Below, one piece after another: positions 24,381 to 36,700 of a stretch of DNA of 64,000 nt. The notes beneath the pieces were generated by a model, which was given only the letters and a program-made list of their open reading frames with translations, was not told where the DNA came from and did no database searches. The stretch is from Macrostomum lignano (taxonomy: Eukaryota): assembly GCA_002269645.1 (NCBI GenBank), contig NIVC01002034.1, positions 1-64,000 on the forward strand. Reading direction: 5' to 3'. The number at the start of each line of letters is the position of its first letter. Positions within the stretch are counted from its first letter, which is position 1. The translations under genes were made by a program, and so were the position numbers.

Positions 24381-25180
24381 CCAACAGCTCCGCTGCATTC
24401 CGCCGCTCCCCCAACAGCTCCGCTGCTTTCCGCCGCTCCCCCAACAGCTCCGCTGCTTTCCGCCGCTCCCCCCTAACAGCTCCGCTGCTTTCCGCCGCTC
24501 CCCCAACAGCTCCGCTGCTTTCCGCCGCTCCCCCAACAGCTCTGCTGCTTTCCGCTGCTTCCACCAACAGCTCCGCTGCATTCCGCCGCTCCCCCCAACA
24601 GCTCCGCTGCTTTCCGCCGCTCCCCCAACAGCTCCGCTGCTTTCCGCCGCTCCCCCCTAACAGCTCCACTGCTTTCCGCCGCTCCCCCAACAGCTCCGCT
24701 GCTTTCCGCCGCTCCCCCAACAGCTCCGCTGCTTTCCGCCGCTCCCCCAACAGCTCCGCGCTGCTTTCCGCTGCTTCCACCAACAGCTCCGCTGCTTTCC
24801 GCCGCTCCCCCCTAACAGCTCCACTGCTTTCCGCCGCTCCCCCAACAGCTCCGCTGCTTTCCGCCGCTCCCCCAACAGCTCCGCTGCTTTCCGCCGCTCC
24901 CCCAACAGCTCCGCTGCTTTCCGCTGCTTCCACCAACAGCTCCGCTGCATTCCGCCGCTCCCCCCAACAGCTCCGCTGCTTTCCGCCGCTCCCCCAACAG
25001 CTCCGCTGCTTTCCGCCGCTCCCCCCTAACAGCTCCACTGCTTTCCGCCGCTCCCCCAACAGCTCCGCTGCTTTCCGCTGCTTCCACCAACAGCTCCGCT
25101 GCTTTCCGCCGCTCCCCTAACAGCTCCGCTGCTTTCCGCCGCTCCCCCCAACAGCTCCGCTGCTTTCCGCGGCTCCCCCC
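24381..25180. repeat. 30-bp GC-rich minisatellite (~26 copies)
   Basis: Unit CCCCCAACAGCTCCGCTGCTTTCCGCCGCT with variants. Confidence 0.95.
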
Positions 25181-25765
25181 GCATGCCTCCATGCCTTCAG
25201 ATCTAGATTCCTTGGTTCTATCCGTGATCCAAGATCCAACTATTGATATAAAATATCTCTATCAATCAAACACTAAGTTTGCTGCTCAATCTGCTTTCCA
25301 TATACCTTGCTTGAGGAGCATATGGATCAGTGAAGTCTAGCCAGTGTCGTTTAGATCGTCAAAAGCAATACAGCATGGCATTACAATGTATTTCAAGCAA
25401 TTCAAACGGCTATTACGCTAGTAGCATTCAACAAGATTGGTTTCGGCGCCACGCAATGTAAAATTTTTGGTACAATGTTACGTCAGTAGATACGAAGTAC
25501 TATAATAATTGTAATGCAGAACAGCGGCAGTAGCTAAATAATGACACCCGAACTTGAATTTTGCGGTAATATTACACGCAATAAATAGCATTGATATCGG
25601 AAGGCAATAAGTAAAACAGTAATAAGTATAAGCTATTGAATCGCGAGTACGCGATATGCACCATCACAGTTCGCAGCTAGGCAATTTTTTTTGGAAGAGA
25701 AAATAACAACAAGGAACACCCAGTATTGTTGAGTTAAAAGTAACAGTTCACAATGGGAGGCGGTG

Positions 25766-26360
25766 TCAGATCAGTTCTCTCAGTGCGAGCTCTCTAAAGG
25801 CGGCAACAGCGTGCGCCTGGCCAATCACCCCAGCGCCATCCAACAGGCAATCCGCGACGCGACTCGCCCGGCCGTAGCCCCGGCGCCAGGGGCCCTGCAT
25901 CGTGAGCAGCAGGACGTCTTGCACTGGTTGAGAACAGTAGGCCTCCGCGTGGATGGTGTGGCCCGCCAGCTGATGTCTTCGCCTGCGGAGGGTCTCGCTA
26001 GGTGATCGCAGCAGTCTGGCAGCGCGGCGTTCTGCAGGACGACTCGGATGGAGCGGAAGGCCGCCCAGGCCAGGCCCCTGCGTCGCGCCAAGTCCTCCTG
26101 GACAAGATCGCCGGGGTACGTGAAGCACGCGCAGCGAGGTAGAGCTGCTGCATGACCGTCGGGTGTCCCAGCAGGTGATTTTGATAGGCAGCTCCGCAGG
26201 TACAGTCATCACCTCCGTCTTCTCGATGTTCACCGCTAGCCCGACCGATGCCGCAGCTGCCACCAACCAGGCTGTCTAGCATGCGCTGAGCTCCCTCAGC
26301 CGTAGAGGGGGCAGCGCCAGGTCGTCGGCGTAACCCATGAGTGACAGCCGCAGGTCCTCT
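25766..26360 (-). pseudogene. Degenerate RTE-clade non-LTR retrotransposon fragment (RT C-terminus)
   Basis: LSLMGYADDLAL near 26340, AASVGLAVNIEKTEV, LRRRRHQLAGH. It is a diverged relative of the RTE copies at 43.6 and 56.8 kb, with frameshifts. Confidence 0.8.
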
Positions 26361-26432
26361 GAAGACATTCAGAGGTGCGAGGACATTCTGAAGAGAGAAA
26401 AAAGAAATATTATTTTTCACTTCTGAAAAGGA

Positions 26433-27078
26433 AGTAGATGTCATGAGGGGGCTTCTGGGACAAAATTTTTCACCTCCTCCATAATCCACCTAAATCCATC
26501 TATATTATCACCAACAGAATCAGAAAAAAGGGGGGCCGCACTCGCTCACAAAACGTCCTCCATAATCCACCTAAATCCATCCATATTATCCCTGAAGAAA
26601 AAATAGGGCCGCCCTTGCTCCGAAAACGTCCCCCATAATCCCATTAAATCCATCCATATTATCCCTGAAGAAAAAAATGGGGTCCTACTCGCCCATAAAA
26701 CCCCCTCCATAATCCCATTAAATCTATCCCCGACAGAATCAGTGCATAACAGATGTCCACTAACACCTGTTATGCTCACTGACACTGACATAATCCACTG
26801 ACATCCACCCAGAAACAATCAGAAAATAATCTGCATCCTTCTCCCCATGGGGCCCACATTCAATTCGCAATTCGCAACGCATCCCTAAGACTTTAAATCG
26901 GTCCTCACCCTATGAAAAAAAATTAAATTCTCAATAAAAAATGTTTCCAGTTGTCTCTCCAGGTTCTTTTTACAAAGCGCACGAGCCCAATTACAAGAGT
27001 AAGTACCAATGCAAACTTGAATGCAGCGAGTACATGAGAAAATATTGGCCCGACGTTGATATCAATGTCCCTAATATT
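26433..27078 (+). repeat. Left TIR of the Maverick
   Basis: Reverse complement of 42214-42882. Contains about four 70-80-bp subrepeats (ataatccacctaaatccatccatattatc core). Confidence 0.9.
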
Positions 27079-27177
27079 AATCTAGCACTTAAATCTCACT
27101 GGTTTCTTAAGTATGGAGTAGTCATTAACGATTACGACAGCTACTATAACTTTGCAGAAATCATTAGGCAATTGTAA
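26941..27177 (+). CDS. Small Maverick ORF (78 aa) starting inside the left TIR
   Basis: ATG in the AATAAAAAATG context shared with other element genes. No family recognised. Confidence 0.5.
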   Translation: MFPVVSPGSFYKAHEPNYKSKYQCKLECSEYMRKYWPDVDINVPNINLALKSHWFLKYGVVINDYDSYYNFAEIIRQL

Positions 27178-27183
27178 TTTTTT

Positions 27184-28052
27184 TCACATTCTCTCAATGA
27201 TCAACGTCAATACAAACTCTTCACCGTTGAAATCAACACCCAACCCATCTTCAGTCTCAAACTGTATCACAATCTCGTGAATCTCCTTATTACTCAATAC
27301 AACTCTTTTCACTGGATTTGGTTTCTCTACCGTACCAGCATCTGTCCTCCAGCTACAGAGTTGGAGATGTTGTACAAAATATTCGTTCGCTTTCCCTTAA
27401 ATACCCAATCAAGACTGAGATTACTTCTGATTAGAATATTCAAACCCTTTACAATGTCTGCAATATTGGGTGCTAAGAACAAACCGCTTACATTTTCTCG
27501 GGCCATGCTAACGGCCCCCGACGCTTGAGTGGCGGTCCGCGCCGCGGATTCTGCCTTATAAACTTTCTTCTCGAATCCCAATTCCCTATACCAAGTGTCA
27601 TCTTTAAACTCAACCTCCGCATCTTTGTGAACTTGCATGACCACTCTCATTACAGTGAGATCATAGGTTAGTTTTACAGGGAACAGTTTTTTATCTGGCT
27701 TACTCGCATCAGGTGTCTCAAAATGGCCTCTTTTAGTAAAGACGTTTTCTAGAAAGTAATTGTAGGTATCCACACTTTGCGTGCTCACAGGGAATGCCAC
27801 AGGATCTGCTGCTGCTCCTTTCCATTTGTAATGAAACTTATTATTTGCTGCCATCACATTGGGAACGTTTGACCAACCAGTGAAGTCGTTAAGATAGACA
27901 TGGTAATTAGCACTTGTATCCAGGCGAATCGCCTGCTCTAATTTTTCAACAAATATCACGTTTGAGTCATTAATTCGCCCGGTTATTGTAATAGGAATGC
28001 TCTCCTTAGAGTGTGAAACAATGTTGTTTAGTCTTTCGGCTATGGCTTCCAT
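27184..28052 (-). CDS. Maverick minor capsid (penton-like) protein, with two frameshifts near the 3' end
   Basis: 241-aa ORF with ELGF and NIADIVKGLNILIRSNL..ILYNI. Shifted frames continue VEKPNPV...IHEIVIQFE and DFNGEEFVLTLII, which resemble the conserved C-terminus of this family. Confidence 0.75.
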
Positions 28053-28071
28053 TTTTATTGAAAAAAATTAT

Positions 28072-29319
28072 TCAAACTTTACTAGACGAGTTATTGATCA
28101 TATTGACCTTGATTTTCCTTTCAAACGCGTAGATAATAAACAGATCAACAGCAGTTGCGGCACCAATCTCTTTCCGCTCGATATTAGTCACAATGTTAAC
28201 AGGGCTGTTATCAGTAGGAATTTGTCTGGCAGACACATCAACACCAAATATTGGATACAGTTTTTTATACTGCAAGGTTGTCAAAACAATACCGTTATTC
28301 TCTTTGACAGCCAGGTCTGACAGTTCATTGTAAAATTTACTAATCTTGTTCTCTGGGAAATCTCCATTCTGTGGCAATGCAGGGTATAAATTATCACTGA
28401 TTTCATGCTGGACTGATCGAACGTTTCCATGAAAATATCTACCTACATTAGTCGTATTCCTCATAGTGACAATAATGTACCTTGGATTGCTACAGGAGCC
28501 CTCTTTAATGCAGATATTGTGTCTAGAATCATTCCGCTCATCTCTGCACATATAAGCTGTATAAGCAACATCAATGTCTTTCTCAATCGCCTTCAAGTAT
28601 TCAGCTTTGAGTGCAGTCTTGGGCTCAATAAATTCTAAGTACAGCTCCACGCCAGTAAGCTTAATCTCCATCGATGTATGATCGGCCCCTGACCAAATTC
28701 CTCTGTTCCGATCATCTCTAGTCAGTCTAAATGTGTAGCTAAAATTGCTTGTCAGTCGATTAAAACGATTACAGAAACCGCTCATAAATCTTAACGGCAC
28801 AAAACTGTCTACGGACCTATACAGTGCATTCCTTGCAGCATCAGTTGCAGCCACGAGAGCATAGTTGTATCTCTCCTTTCTCTTTTTGTAACCGGGGTCA
28901 TTATCATCTTCTGTCTGCTCATTGGGGATGAATCCAGCACCGCTCCCCATCTGAATAAAATCCGGGTTCTCAATCAAGCACTGGGTATCATAGACCACAC
29001 CAAAGTTTGCTATTCTTTCCAACTCTGTGCTCCCATTTGATACACTAAACTCTTTGAACATATAAGCCCAGAAGTTACTGGTTAGTGCCACATTTGCATT
29101 GTGCTTATCGTCATTGGCATGAGCAGCATCGTCTCCGCCTTTTGTCTTGAATTGGAAAGTCATGTAGAATCCACTTCTTAGACTGTGGACACTGACCAAT
29201 GACGAGCAACCATTGTATGTGAAAGTCAGTGTCTGACCTGGACCTAGATTAGTTTCATTCTGGTTCTCGTGACTCGGAACTCTAACTTGTGTCGCTTTAA
29301 TAGTGCTGTCATCACTCAA
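28072..29319 (-). CDS. Maverick major capsid protein (hexon-like double jelly-roll)
   Basis: 415-aa ORF with VPLRFMSGFC, PRYIIV, LYP...DF, YKKLYPIFGVDVS. Size and position next to the penton gene fit. There is no in-frame ATG at the 5' end. Confidence 0.8.
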   Translation of the reverse strand: MSDDSTIKATQVRVPSHENQNETNLGPGQTLTFTYNGCSSLVSVHSLRSGFYMTFQFKTKGGDDAAHANDDKHNANVALTSNFWAYMFKEFSVSNGSTELERIANFGVVYDTQCLIENPDFIQMGSGAGFIPNEQTEDDNDPGYKKRKERYNYALVAATDAARNALYRSVDSFVPLRFMSGFCNRFNRLTSNFSYTFRLTRDDRNRGIWSGADHTSMEIKLTGVELYLEFIEPKTALKAEYLKAIEKDIDVAYTAYMCRDERNDSRHNICIKEGSCSNPRYIIVTMRNTTNVGRYFHGNVRSVQHEISDNLYPALPQNGDFPENKISKFYNELSDLAVKENNGIVLTTLQYKKLYPIFGVDVSARQIPTDNSPVNIVTNIERKEIGAATAVDLFIIYAFERKIKVNMINNSSSKV

Positions 29320-29347
29320 AATGGGTTTGTTAATCTTTAATCTAAAA

Positions 29348-30531
29348 ATGAAGCGGAAAAGTTCATATCATATCTCTGAACTAGAAAAGCTGGCGCAGGC
29401 AGAGAAACGAGTTACCGGACTAATCAACAAAGAACAACAATCTTACAATGAATTCGTCCAAGCAGCCACCGAATTTCACAAACCTGGATACACAGAAGCG
29501 AAGAAAAACATCGACACTGTGAAGGAAGCAATTGATGATATTCAAGAGAGCCAGTTGCAAAACACATTGGGTAAAATCCCATCTTCACCGGGACAACCAC
29601 AGCCTCAGGAACCAGGACAACCAGTGCAGATGAAAGTGACGGATAAATTTTTTGGCCCCGTAAAGGATGATGGAAAATATATTTTTGGAATTAGCGCCTG
29701 GCGAAAAAATATTACCGGAGAACCAGTGGATTACAACATTGAAGTGACAAAGGAAAATATTTCAATCAATAAAGGCGCAGAAACTAAAAGAATCCAGTTC
29801 ACTAAAGCTTTACTTGATTACATGACTAAAATCTAGAGAAAACGTCTGAAAAGCAGCTAAAGAACTATAGAGAACTGGTTACCTTTGCTCTCGATAGGGA
29901 CATAGACATTCTCAAGAACAACGGTGTTTTAAAAATTTTACATGAAAACAGGATTGTCTTGAACACGTATAAAAAGTACAAATACTTTAAACAATGGTTT
30001 GGTTTGCCAGATCAGGCGGAAGTCATAAAATATCTAGAACAACACCCGCCACAACAACCACAACCAAAACAAACAAAACCACAACAACAGCAACCACAAC
30101 AACAGCAACAACCTCCACCTCCACAACAACAAAAAACCCAGGTTGAACAAGTACTTGATCAACTTGACACCGCAGAACCGATTCTTGTTTCGCAGTACAA
30201 AGATACGAACCCTGAGACTTGGCGACAAGTAGAGCAGCTCTCCCCAGAACGAATGAAGCGAATCAATGACAGAGTATTCACACCTAGGCTACAGCAACCC
30301 TCACCAGGAACATCCTCCTCTGACCAATCATTCGAATCACCACCAAGCTCTTCCGGAAAAGGCATGCCTGAATTCTACAAGCGGTTAGCTGTTCTCCTTG
30401 GCGCAGCAAAGACCGGAATGAAAGATGAGAATAGAAAAGAGTTCGTTCATATCCTAGACAAAATGCTTGAGAGAAAGTACATCGATAAAAGAGCAACAGA
30501 ACTTTTGCTTTCACGGTTTAACAAAAAATAA
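29348..30531 (+). CDS. Conserved Maverick hypothetical protein (~395 aa, one frameshift near 29830)
   Basis: ORFs 29303-29836 and 29959-30531 join through a shifted frame (LEKTSEKQLKNYREL...). DKFFGPVKDDGKYIFG and the C-terminal RLAVLLGAAKTG..E motif resemble a recurrent Maverick gene. Contains a Q/P-rich linker. Confidence 0.55.
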
Positions 30532-30553
30532 ATTTCTATTTAAAAAGATTCCA

Positions 30554-30916
30554 ATGATTTTCGAAAAAGACATTGACAAATACTATGACAAAGAGGAACT
30601 TAATCTCATTAAACGCGGATCTGGACTTTTCCCTGCAGGACACTATCCAAGGAAAGAACGCTCAGGGAATGGCCTTGCCGATTTGATCGCTCAGGGGGCC
30701 ATGATTTTTAAGGTCATTGGAGAGAACAAAGAGAACATCAAGAATGTTGCCGAAGCGGCTGGCAGTGTAGTCACAGCAGCTAAGAAGATTAAAGATACGG
30801 TTAATGAAATACCAGATATTCAACCCCTCGCACCGAGTGCAGATAGTGTCGATCCAGCCATCTATGCGAAGATGAGAGCTGAATATAAGAAAGGAGGCGG
30901 TTTTAAATTTGACTAA
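30554..30916 (+). CDS. Small putative virion core/precursor protein (120 aa)
   Basis: Repeated basic-x-G-x-G-hydrophobic motifs: KRGSGL, RSGNGL, KKGGGF. Confidence 0.55.
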   Translation: MIFEKDIDKYYDKEELNLIKRGSGLFPAGHYPRKERSGNGLADLIAQGAMIFKVIGENKENIKNVAEAAGSVVTAAKKIKDTVNEIPDIQPLAPSADSVDPAIYAKMRAEYKKGGGFKFD

Positions 30917-31092
30917 TTTGGTACACCCGGACGGTAAAAGGGGTGTGAGGCGAGGATGTAGGACTAGTCGAAAAAAACACACACAACCCGAAAAAGACAC
31001 ACAACCCGAAAAAAGACACACTTGTCCCGAAAAAAGACACACGTGTCTTAAATACAGAAGTTTAAAAAGAAAAAAAATTTTTACATAAAAAA

Positions 31093-31893
31093 ATGGACTT
31101 CACAAACGACTTTCATCCCCACTGGACACGCAATCAGATAAAATTTGCTCACAACGAGATAATTCCAGGGCACTTCCGATGCATTGTTGTTGGCTCATCT
31201 GGGTCAGGGAAAACCTTCAGAGTTTTTAACATGCTCCTCAGACCTGGATTCCTCGATTATGACACACTACATATCTATTCACCCACTCTGTATCAAGATG
31301 AGTATAAAATGCTAGTAGCGGGCCTACAGAACAAACTCAACAAGGAAGATATTATTCAATGTTTTAGACATCAAAAAGACCTCAACAGCAACCCGGAAGT
31401 TGTAGCCACTGAATACGCAAAGCACATCCCAGACAATGAAAAATGGCAAAACATTAAAGTTTTCACTTATGGAGATCCACAGATAGATCCTAAAACCAAA
31501 CTCTTACCTCAACCTGATGAACTAGAAAAGGGGAGAAAGCACCTGATTGTCTTTGATGACTGCATGACCGGTCCCCAGAAACAGATAGAAAATTATTTCA
31601 CCCGGGGTAGGCACAATAACTGCAATGTTGTTTACATTGCCCAGAACTGGTTTGAACTGCCAAATAAAACAATTAGAGGTAACTGTAATTTGATTCTTCT
31701 TTTCCCAACCATACCACAGGATCGACTGAAACGATTTTATAATGAGGTAATTGCCCCAGCTCACATTACATATCCAGCTAAGAACTCTAACAGAACAATA
31801 TCACAGGAGGAATTTGTTAACATATGCTATGAAAAGTGGAACCAACCCTATCAGTTTGTCATGATTAATAAGGAGAAAAGAATTTTACTTTAA
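31093..31893 (+). CDS. A32/FtsK-like genome packaging ATPase
   Basis: Walker A VGSSGSGKT, Walker B LIVFDD, and FTRGRHNNCNVVYIAQNWF..TIRGN. Confidence 0.92.
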   Translation: MDFTNDFHPHWTRNQIKFAHNEIIPGHFRCIVVGSSGSGKTFRVFNMLLRPGFLDYDTLHIYSPTLYQDEYKMLVAGLQNKLNKEDIIQCFRHQKDLNSNPEVVATEYAKHIPDNEKWQNIKVFTYGDPQIDPKTKLLPQPDELEKGRKHLIVFDDCMTGPQKQIENYFTRGRHNNCNVVYIAQNWFELPNKTIRGNCNLILLFPTIPQDRLKRFYNEVIAPAHITYPAKNSNRTISQEEFVNICYEKWNQPYQFVMINKEKRILL

Positions 31894-31908
31894 TTTTTCA
31901 TTTAAAAA

Positions 31909-32596
31909 ATGTCAATAAATTTTGCAGGTGAGTCAACTACAGGCAACAACACTCTCACAACTTCCTTCCTTGACAAGCGCTATATTAACACTGATGAAGA
32001 GATTCCAGAGATCGGGCCAATCGACTAAAACAATTAGAGCGCTCCATGCACCAGTTGCAAATAAACATGGAAGATCTCAGGCTTAAAGTAGCTAGACAGA
32101 AGTTTGAAAGTGATAAGCTTTATGTGCCGTTGTTAAACGCAACTAATGCAGCTTGAGATCATCAGTTAATCTTCTGGGAAATTCCACTGATAGACGGATG
32201 CGTATTCTTGAAGGAGGAGTTTTCACAAACACAGCTAAAGTGAATAATTTAGAAGAGTTCATGAACCAGTCAACAGCATTGCATGACAGAATTAAAGAAA
32301 ACGTCGCAACCAACACAGTTAAAGTCAATAATTTAGAAGAGTTTATGAACCAGTCAACAGCATTGCATGACAGAATAAAAGAAAGACTTGAAGCATTAGA
32401 GAGAAACGATAGATCACACAGTAGCTATCTAAACGGAATGTTTACCTCTTGGGGTAAAATACTAAGGAGGCTTGATCGTCTGGAGAGAACACTCAATCTT
32501 CGTGATATTGCTATTGATGAAGCAGAATCTGCTGCTCGTCCGGTCATTACTGCAGATGAAATTATCAAAAAGAAAACAGATCTTTCAACCGGGTAG
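31909..32596 (+). CDS. Hypothetical coiled-coil protein, apparently frameshifted
   Basis: ATG in an A-rich context at 31909. Open frames link to ORF 32153-32596, which has a duplicated NTxKVNNLEEFMNQSTALHDRIKE segment. Confidence 0.4.
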
Positions 32597-32632
32597 TTTT
32601 ATAATCTTTTTATTTTTTCTTCTAGGAAAAAA

Positions 32633-33315
32633 ATGGCCCAACAAAATTCTTTATACGATCAGTCTGAAACTAAAATACCGACAGCACCAAACCCAATGGC
32701 ACAGAATCTGAATGCACCTCAATATGAGCAGCAAAAACTATACCCCGTCATTACATGTAACTCTCAGCAGTTTCGACTGGTGGAGATTCAAAAAATGCGA
32801 GATAATCTTGAAAAAAAGATTTTCAACAACACAAAGAAAATTAAGCGCTACAATGCTCACTGTAAATTTTTCGACTACAGTAATATTACTCTCGGATCTG
32901 TGTCTGTTCTAACTGGGTCTGCTGCAGCTGTCTCAACGTTGCCAGTCATCACAGCCCCAATCGCAATCCCGCTCGGCTCTGTGGGTGCTGCATGTGGTCT
33001 TATTTCAGCAACTACTGGAGCATTAGCGCGAAACAGGCGAAAAAAACTAAAGCAGCTACAGGAGAAGCAAGTAAAAGAGAAAGGGGTGCACACATCAATC
33101 ATAGGGTACATTTCAAGGGCAATAAGTTCATTTCAGAGGATGAGTTCAAAACCATTCAGGATCCTTGTGAAGAATCAATTCGAATGAACTTGAACATGGT
33201 CGGTACTGATGACATGAGTCAGCTGAGAAATGAACTCGAGAAAGTTCTTCAACATTATGCGGAAAGAAATGCGGAAAGAAATTCGGCAAGAAATTCGGCA
33301 AGAAAAGCACAATGA
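32633..33315 (+). CDS. Conserved Maverick predicted membrane protein (one frameshift near 33120)
   Basis: LYP...FRLVEI..., a hydrophobic/Gly-Ala stretch, and after the shift ISEDEFKTI. This pattern is typical of a recurrent Maverick ORF. Confidence 0.55.
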
Positions 33316-33711
33316 ACCCTTATGAAACACAGGTACGAATAATTTCCTTGTAGGTCTTTCGTGTTTTGTCATTGCATACAAAACAGTCATGCACAGCTCA
33401 CCGCAAATATCACTGCTAAGACCTTGGAGAATTAAGTCTGAGTGGTAATTTTTTTTATTATTCATATAATTTCTTAGCTCTTCTGGTACTGCCGTCCCAT
33501 AGCTATCGAAGTAATAACACTTGTGCTTGCGATCGGGGTCCATCACCCAGCAAACCCAATGAGATCCTGGCTTATCGGTGGTGTCAAAGTTCATGATGCC
33601 GCATTCTTTTCTTAGAGGAAAGTCGGGCAGAGTGTCCCTCATAAATATTCCTCTAAAGTTTGGGATTTCCAGTTCGTTAGCCAAATCTTCAAGAAAGTTA
33701 TTTGTCGTCAT
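33175..33711 (-). CDS. Adenain-like cysteine (maturation) protease
   Basis: PGSHWV (His), YYFDSYG (Asp), Q..SSDICGELC (Cys). Confidence 0.92.
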   Translation of the reverse strand: MTTNNFLEDLANELEIPNFRGIFMRDTLPDFPLRKECGIMNFDTTDKPGSHWVCWVMDPDRKHKCYYFDSYGTAVPEELRNYMNNKKNYHSDLILQGLSSDICGELCMTVLYAMTKHERPTRKLFVPVFHKGSLCFSCRISCRISFRISFRIMLKNFLEFISQLTHVISTDHVQVHSN

Positions 33712-33738
33712 TTTTTTATTAAACTTAAAACTTTTCTC

Positions 33739-36700
33739 TTAAACCTTAAACCCTTCCCGATCTAATCTCCAGTGCCCGAACAGTAGACTGTTAATGTTGT
33801 CATCAAAAATGAATCTCTTGTTATCTGCACCTGACAGTCCAATCTTCTTTTGCTGAATTGTGTGAATAATATGGTTTTTCGATTGTAGCTTTGAGAACTC
33901 ATGTGATGTCTTTTTGTTGCAATTCAAGGCGTCTCTGTATTCAGCTTCATTAAGTTCCTTCCTAACCACATGTTTCGGAATTCCCTTTGATTTTTTAATT
34001 GGGTCTGACGACTCACATTTTACAAAATAGGACTTTGCTCTCAACCCAATGAATTCAGTGATTATGTCACCAGCAATCTCGTCCTTCATTTTCCCAATCA
34101 CTTTCTTGTTAGTAGCGTCAAACACTTGATCGCCATTCTGTGTCCTGAAAGATTCATCATACTCAGACAAGTCAATCAAATCTTTTTGCTGCAGCATGTC
34201 CTGATAAATGTCTTCTGTTTGAATGTCCATAATAAAACTGTCTGTGTCAGTGTATAAGAGTTTCATTTTATCCTTGTACTGCTGCTTCATGCCATAGAAG
34301 AACTGGTACATCAGACGTTTTGATTCGTCGAGAACAGTGACACCTGTATAGATCGGCTTGCGCAGTGTCACCTTGGTTTTGTAAAATATGATCACACCTA
34401 AGTAGCTATTTAAGATATGGAGTTCTTTGAATGTTGGCTTTGACATATTTGCCTGAATAACAGCAGGCTCTGATGAGGTAACAAGTTTCAGGTTTGTTCT
34501 TTTCCGCTCATTCTCAAGAGTCTTGCCATAGACAGAGTTGTTGGCCAGCTTAAAGAGGTCCTTGTCAAAGTTATTGGTTGCGTTGGTCCTAAACTGGGTG
34601 TTCTTATCAATGTAGGGTTTCATCCACGCTTCCTCTGTAAATGTAAGAGCCCTGTGAACTTTGGTGACCCTGCAACCAAGTGAGATAAAATACTGAAGCA
34701 GTTTGTAATGAATTTTGTAACGTGTCTTGTTGTTTAGATTCTGTGTTAGTTTCTCTGTATACAGAGATCTCTGTTCTTTTTCTGTTCCTGACAGGTGCCA
34801 AGTTCCATTGGGAGTTTTGATTTTTTCGGGCACTTGATGTTCTCTGGGAAGGGTGGAAAGTCAGAGAAATAGTCATGAAGCTCTGTTGGAATGTAAACAT
34901 CAACCTCATAAATGGCAGCCAATGAAAAGTCCCACGTTAGTTCTGATGAGGATAGCCATCGAAAATCTCTAACTGGAAGATCTTGACTCATCGCCCACCC
35001 GTAGAGATTATTAGCGTCCAAGTAAGTAATGTAGTTTGAGGGCTGCTCCTTATTGTAAGATTCAATGTAAGGATTGTTTGATTTTGCATATCTATGGGTG
35101 CAAATTGAGATCCCTCCTCGCTTTGACGATTCGACGAAATTGTACATGTCAATATCTGTAAGAAGTTCAATGTACCAATCTGGATCTTGATCCCATTTCA
35201 TTTTAAGCAAAGATTCCCAGCTAGTGGCAGGCAGAGACACATAATGTGCTGGATCGAGGCCATATGCTGTGTACCAGGTGTATCTGAAGGTTTCAAACAC
35301 ATCAGCCAACAGAAACACATCTGTGAAGAGGTAAAGCAGGTGATACTGGAAGAAATTTTGACAATTGAAGTAATTATAGACATGCTTCGCGTGCTCATAG
35401 TCTTTGTCAGAGATTCCAGAGTTTGTTAGCTTTGAAAAGAACTTCTCCTGCGGCGGCAGTCCCTCTTCAAAAACATGATAACCAGTAATATTCTCATAGG
35501 GGTAGAAGCCCTTCTTTCTTAAAAGTTCAAATGATTCATCAGGTCTTGCAAACATCTTTGTATATGTACATTGTTCATCTTTTAGATTCTTACTTAGTGC
35601 GTCTAGACTGGCAGCTAGAAATTGATATGAATCCTTCAGTCTTATTTTACCTTTTATTTTACCTTCAGGCCGATTATCCTGTTTAATTTTAACACACTTA
35701 AACTTCTCCTTGTTCTCTGCGATGCAATCAAGGTGTATGTCTGGAATCATGCCGATTTTTTCAACTATTAAATGCATGTCATAGTTCTTTGCGTTGTGAC
35801 AAAATATCGTTAGATCATGAAGGTTCGATTTTAGATTTTGATTACAGGTGCTATGCGCTGCACCTCTAAATTTCCCAGTATAGTGGCAGTGGTCCCTAAC
35901 GGTGGGGTTTTTAAAATCAGTGCAAGTTAAGTGTTTCCTGCAGATGTGGCAATGACTTGCTGATAGGAAATTGCTTTCATCCTCCTCAGTCATCATTATT
36001 GGAACAGGTTGAAGGGTGCTAATCATTTTTTGCAACTCTAACATTCTGGCAATAAACTGCTCCACACACTGCTCTCCAAAGAAATAATTATACTCAACAA
36101 GTCCTTTTGTATTAATAAAGGCATATGCTACTGAATTGGGGACATGTTTTTGAGTTTGGGTTTGTTTTTGAGTTTGAGTTTGTTTTTGAGTTTGGGTTTG
36201 AGTTTGAGTCTCAGGCATGATTGAGCATTCGAAATCAGCATATACAACAAATGGGAGCTTCTCCATCTTGTGATAGTTCTTAAACCGGAGATACTTCTCT
36301 TCAGCTGAAGGAAGAGAGCAGTTGGTGGGGTGATCTTGACATGATAATTCATGCTCTGCTAGTTTCTCAAGACGCTCAGATCCACTGTAATGTTTAAGGC
36401 ACAAGCGGCAGATGGCAACAGCCTCGTGATGATTTGATGTGTTCCTTATTACCCGACTTTTGGTAATCAAAGAACAATCACTTCTAGCTCAGTAGCTAGG
36501 CAACCCAGTACGTCAACAGAGGGTATTCAATTACCTTGAGTCCTTAACTGAGAGCTCTCGTCAATACTCCTTGTTCGTTGATCTCGTTATCAGTAGCGTT
36601 CCTGTCCTTCAGGAATTCCGGGCGCCGGTCAACAGTTGATCTGGTCCGCTCTTGCAATTGTCTCCTTGACTTCTTGCCGGCCGGTTATCTGTAGTTCGGA

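Noticed and set aside
24366-25192. ORFs over the 30-bp minisatellite as real genes
   Set aside because: Frames break at variable C-runs, and there is no start, splice or flanking coding context.
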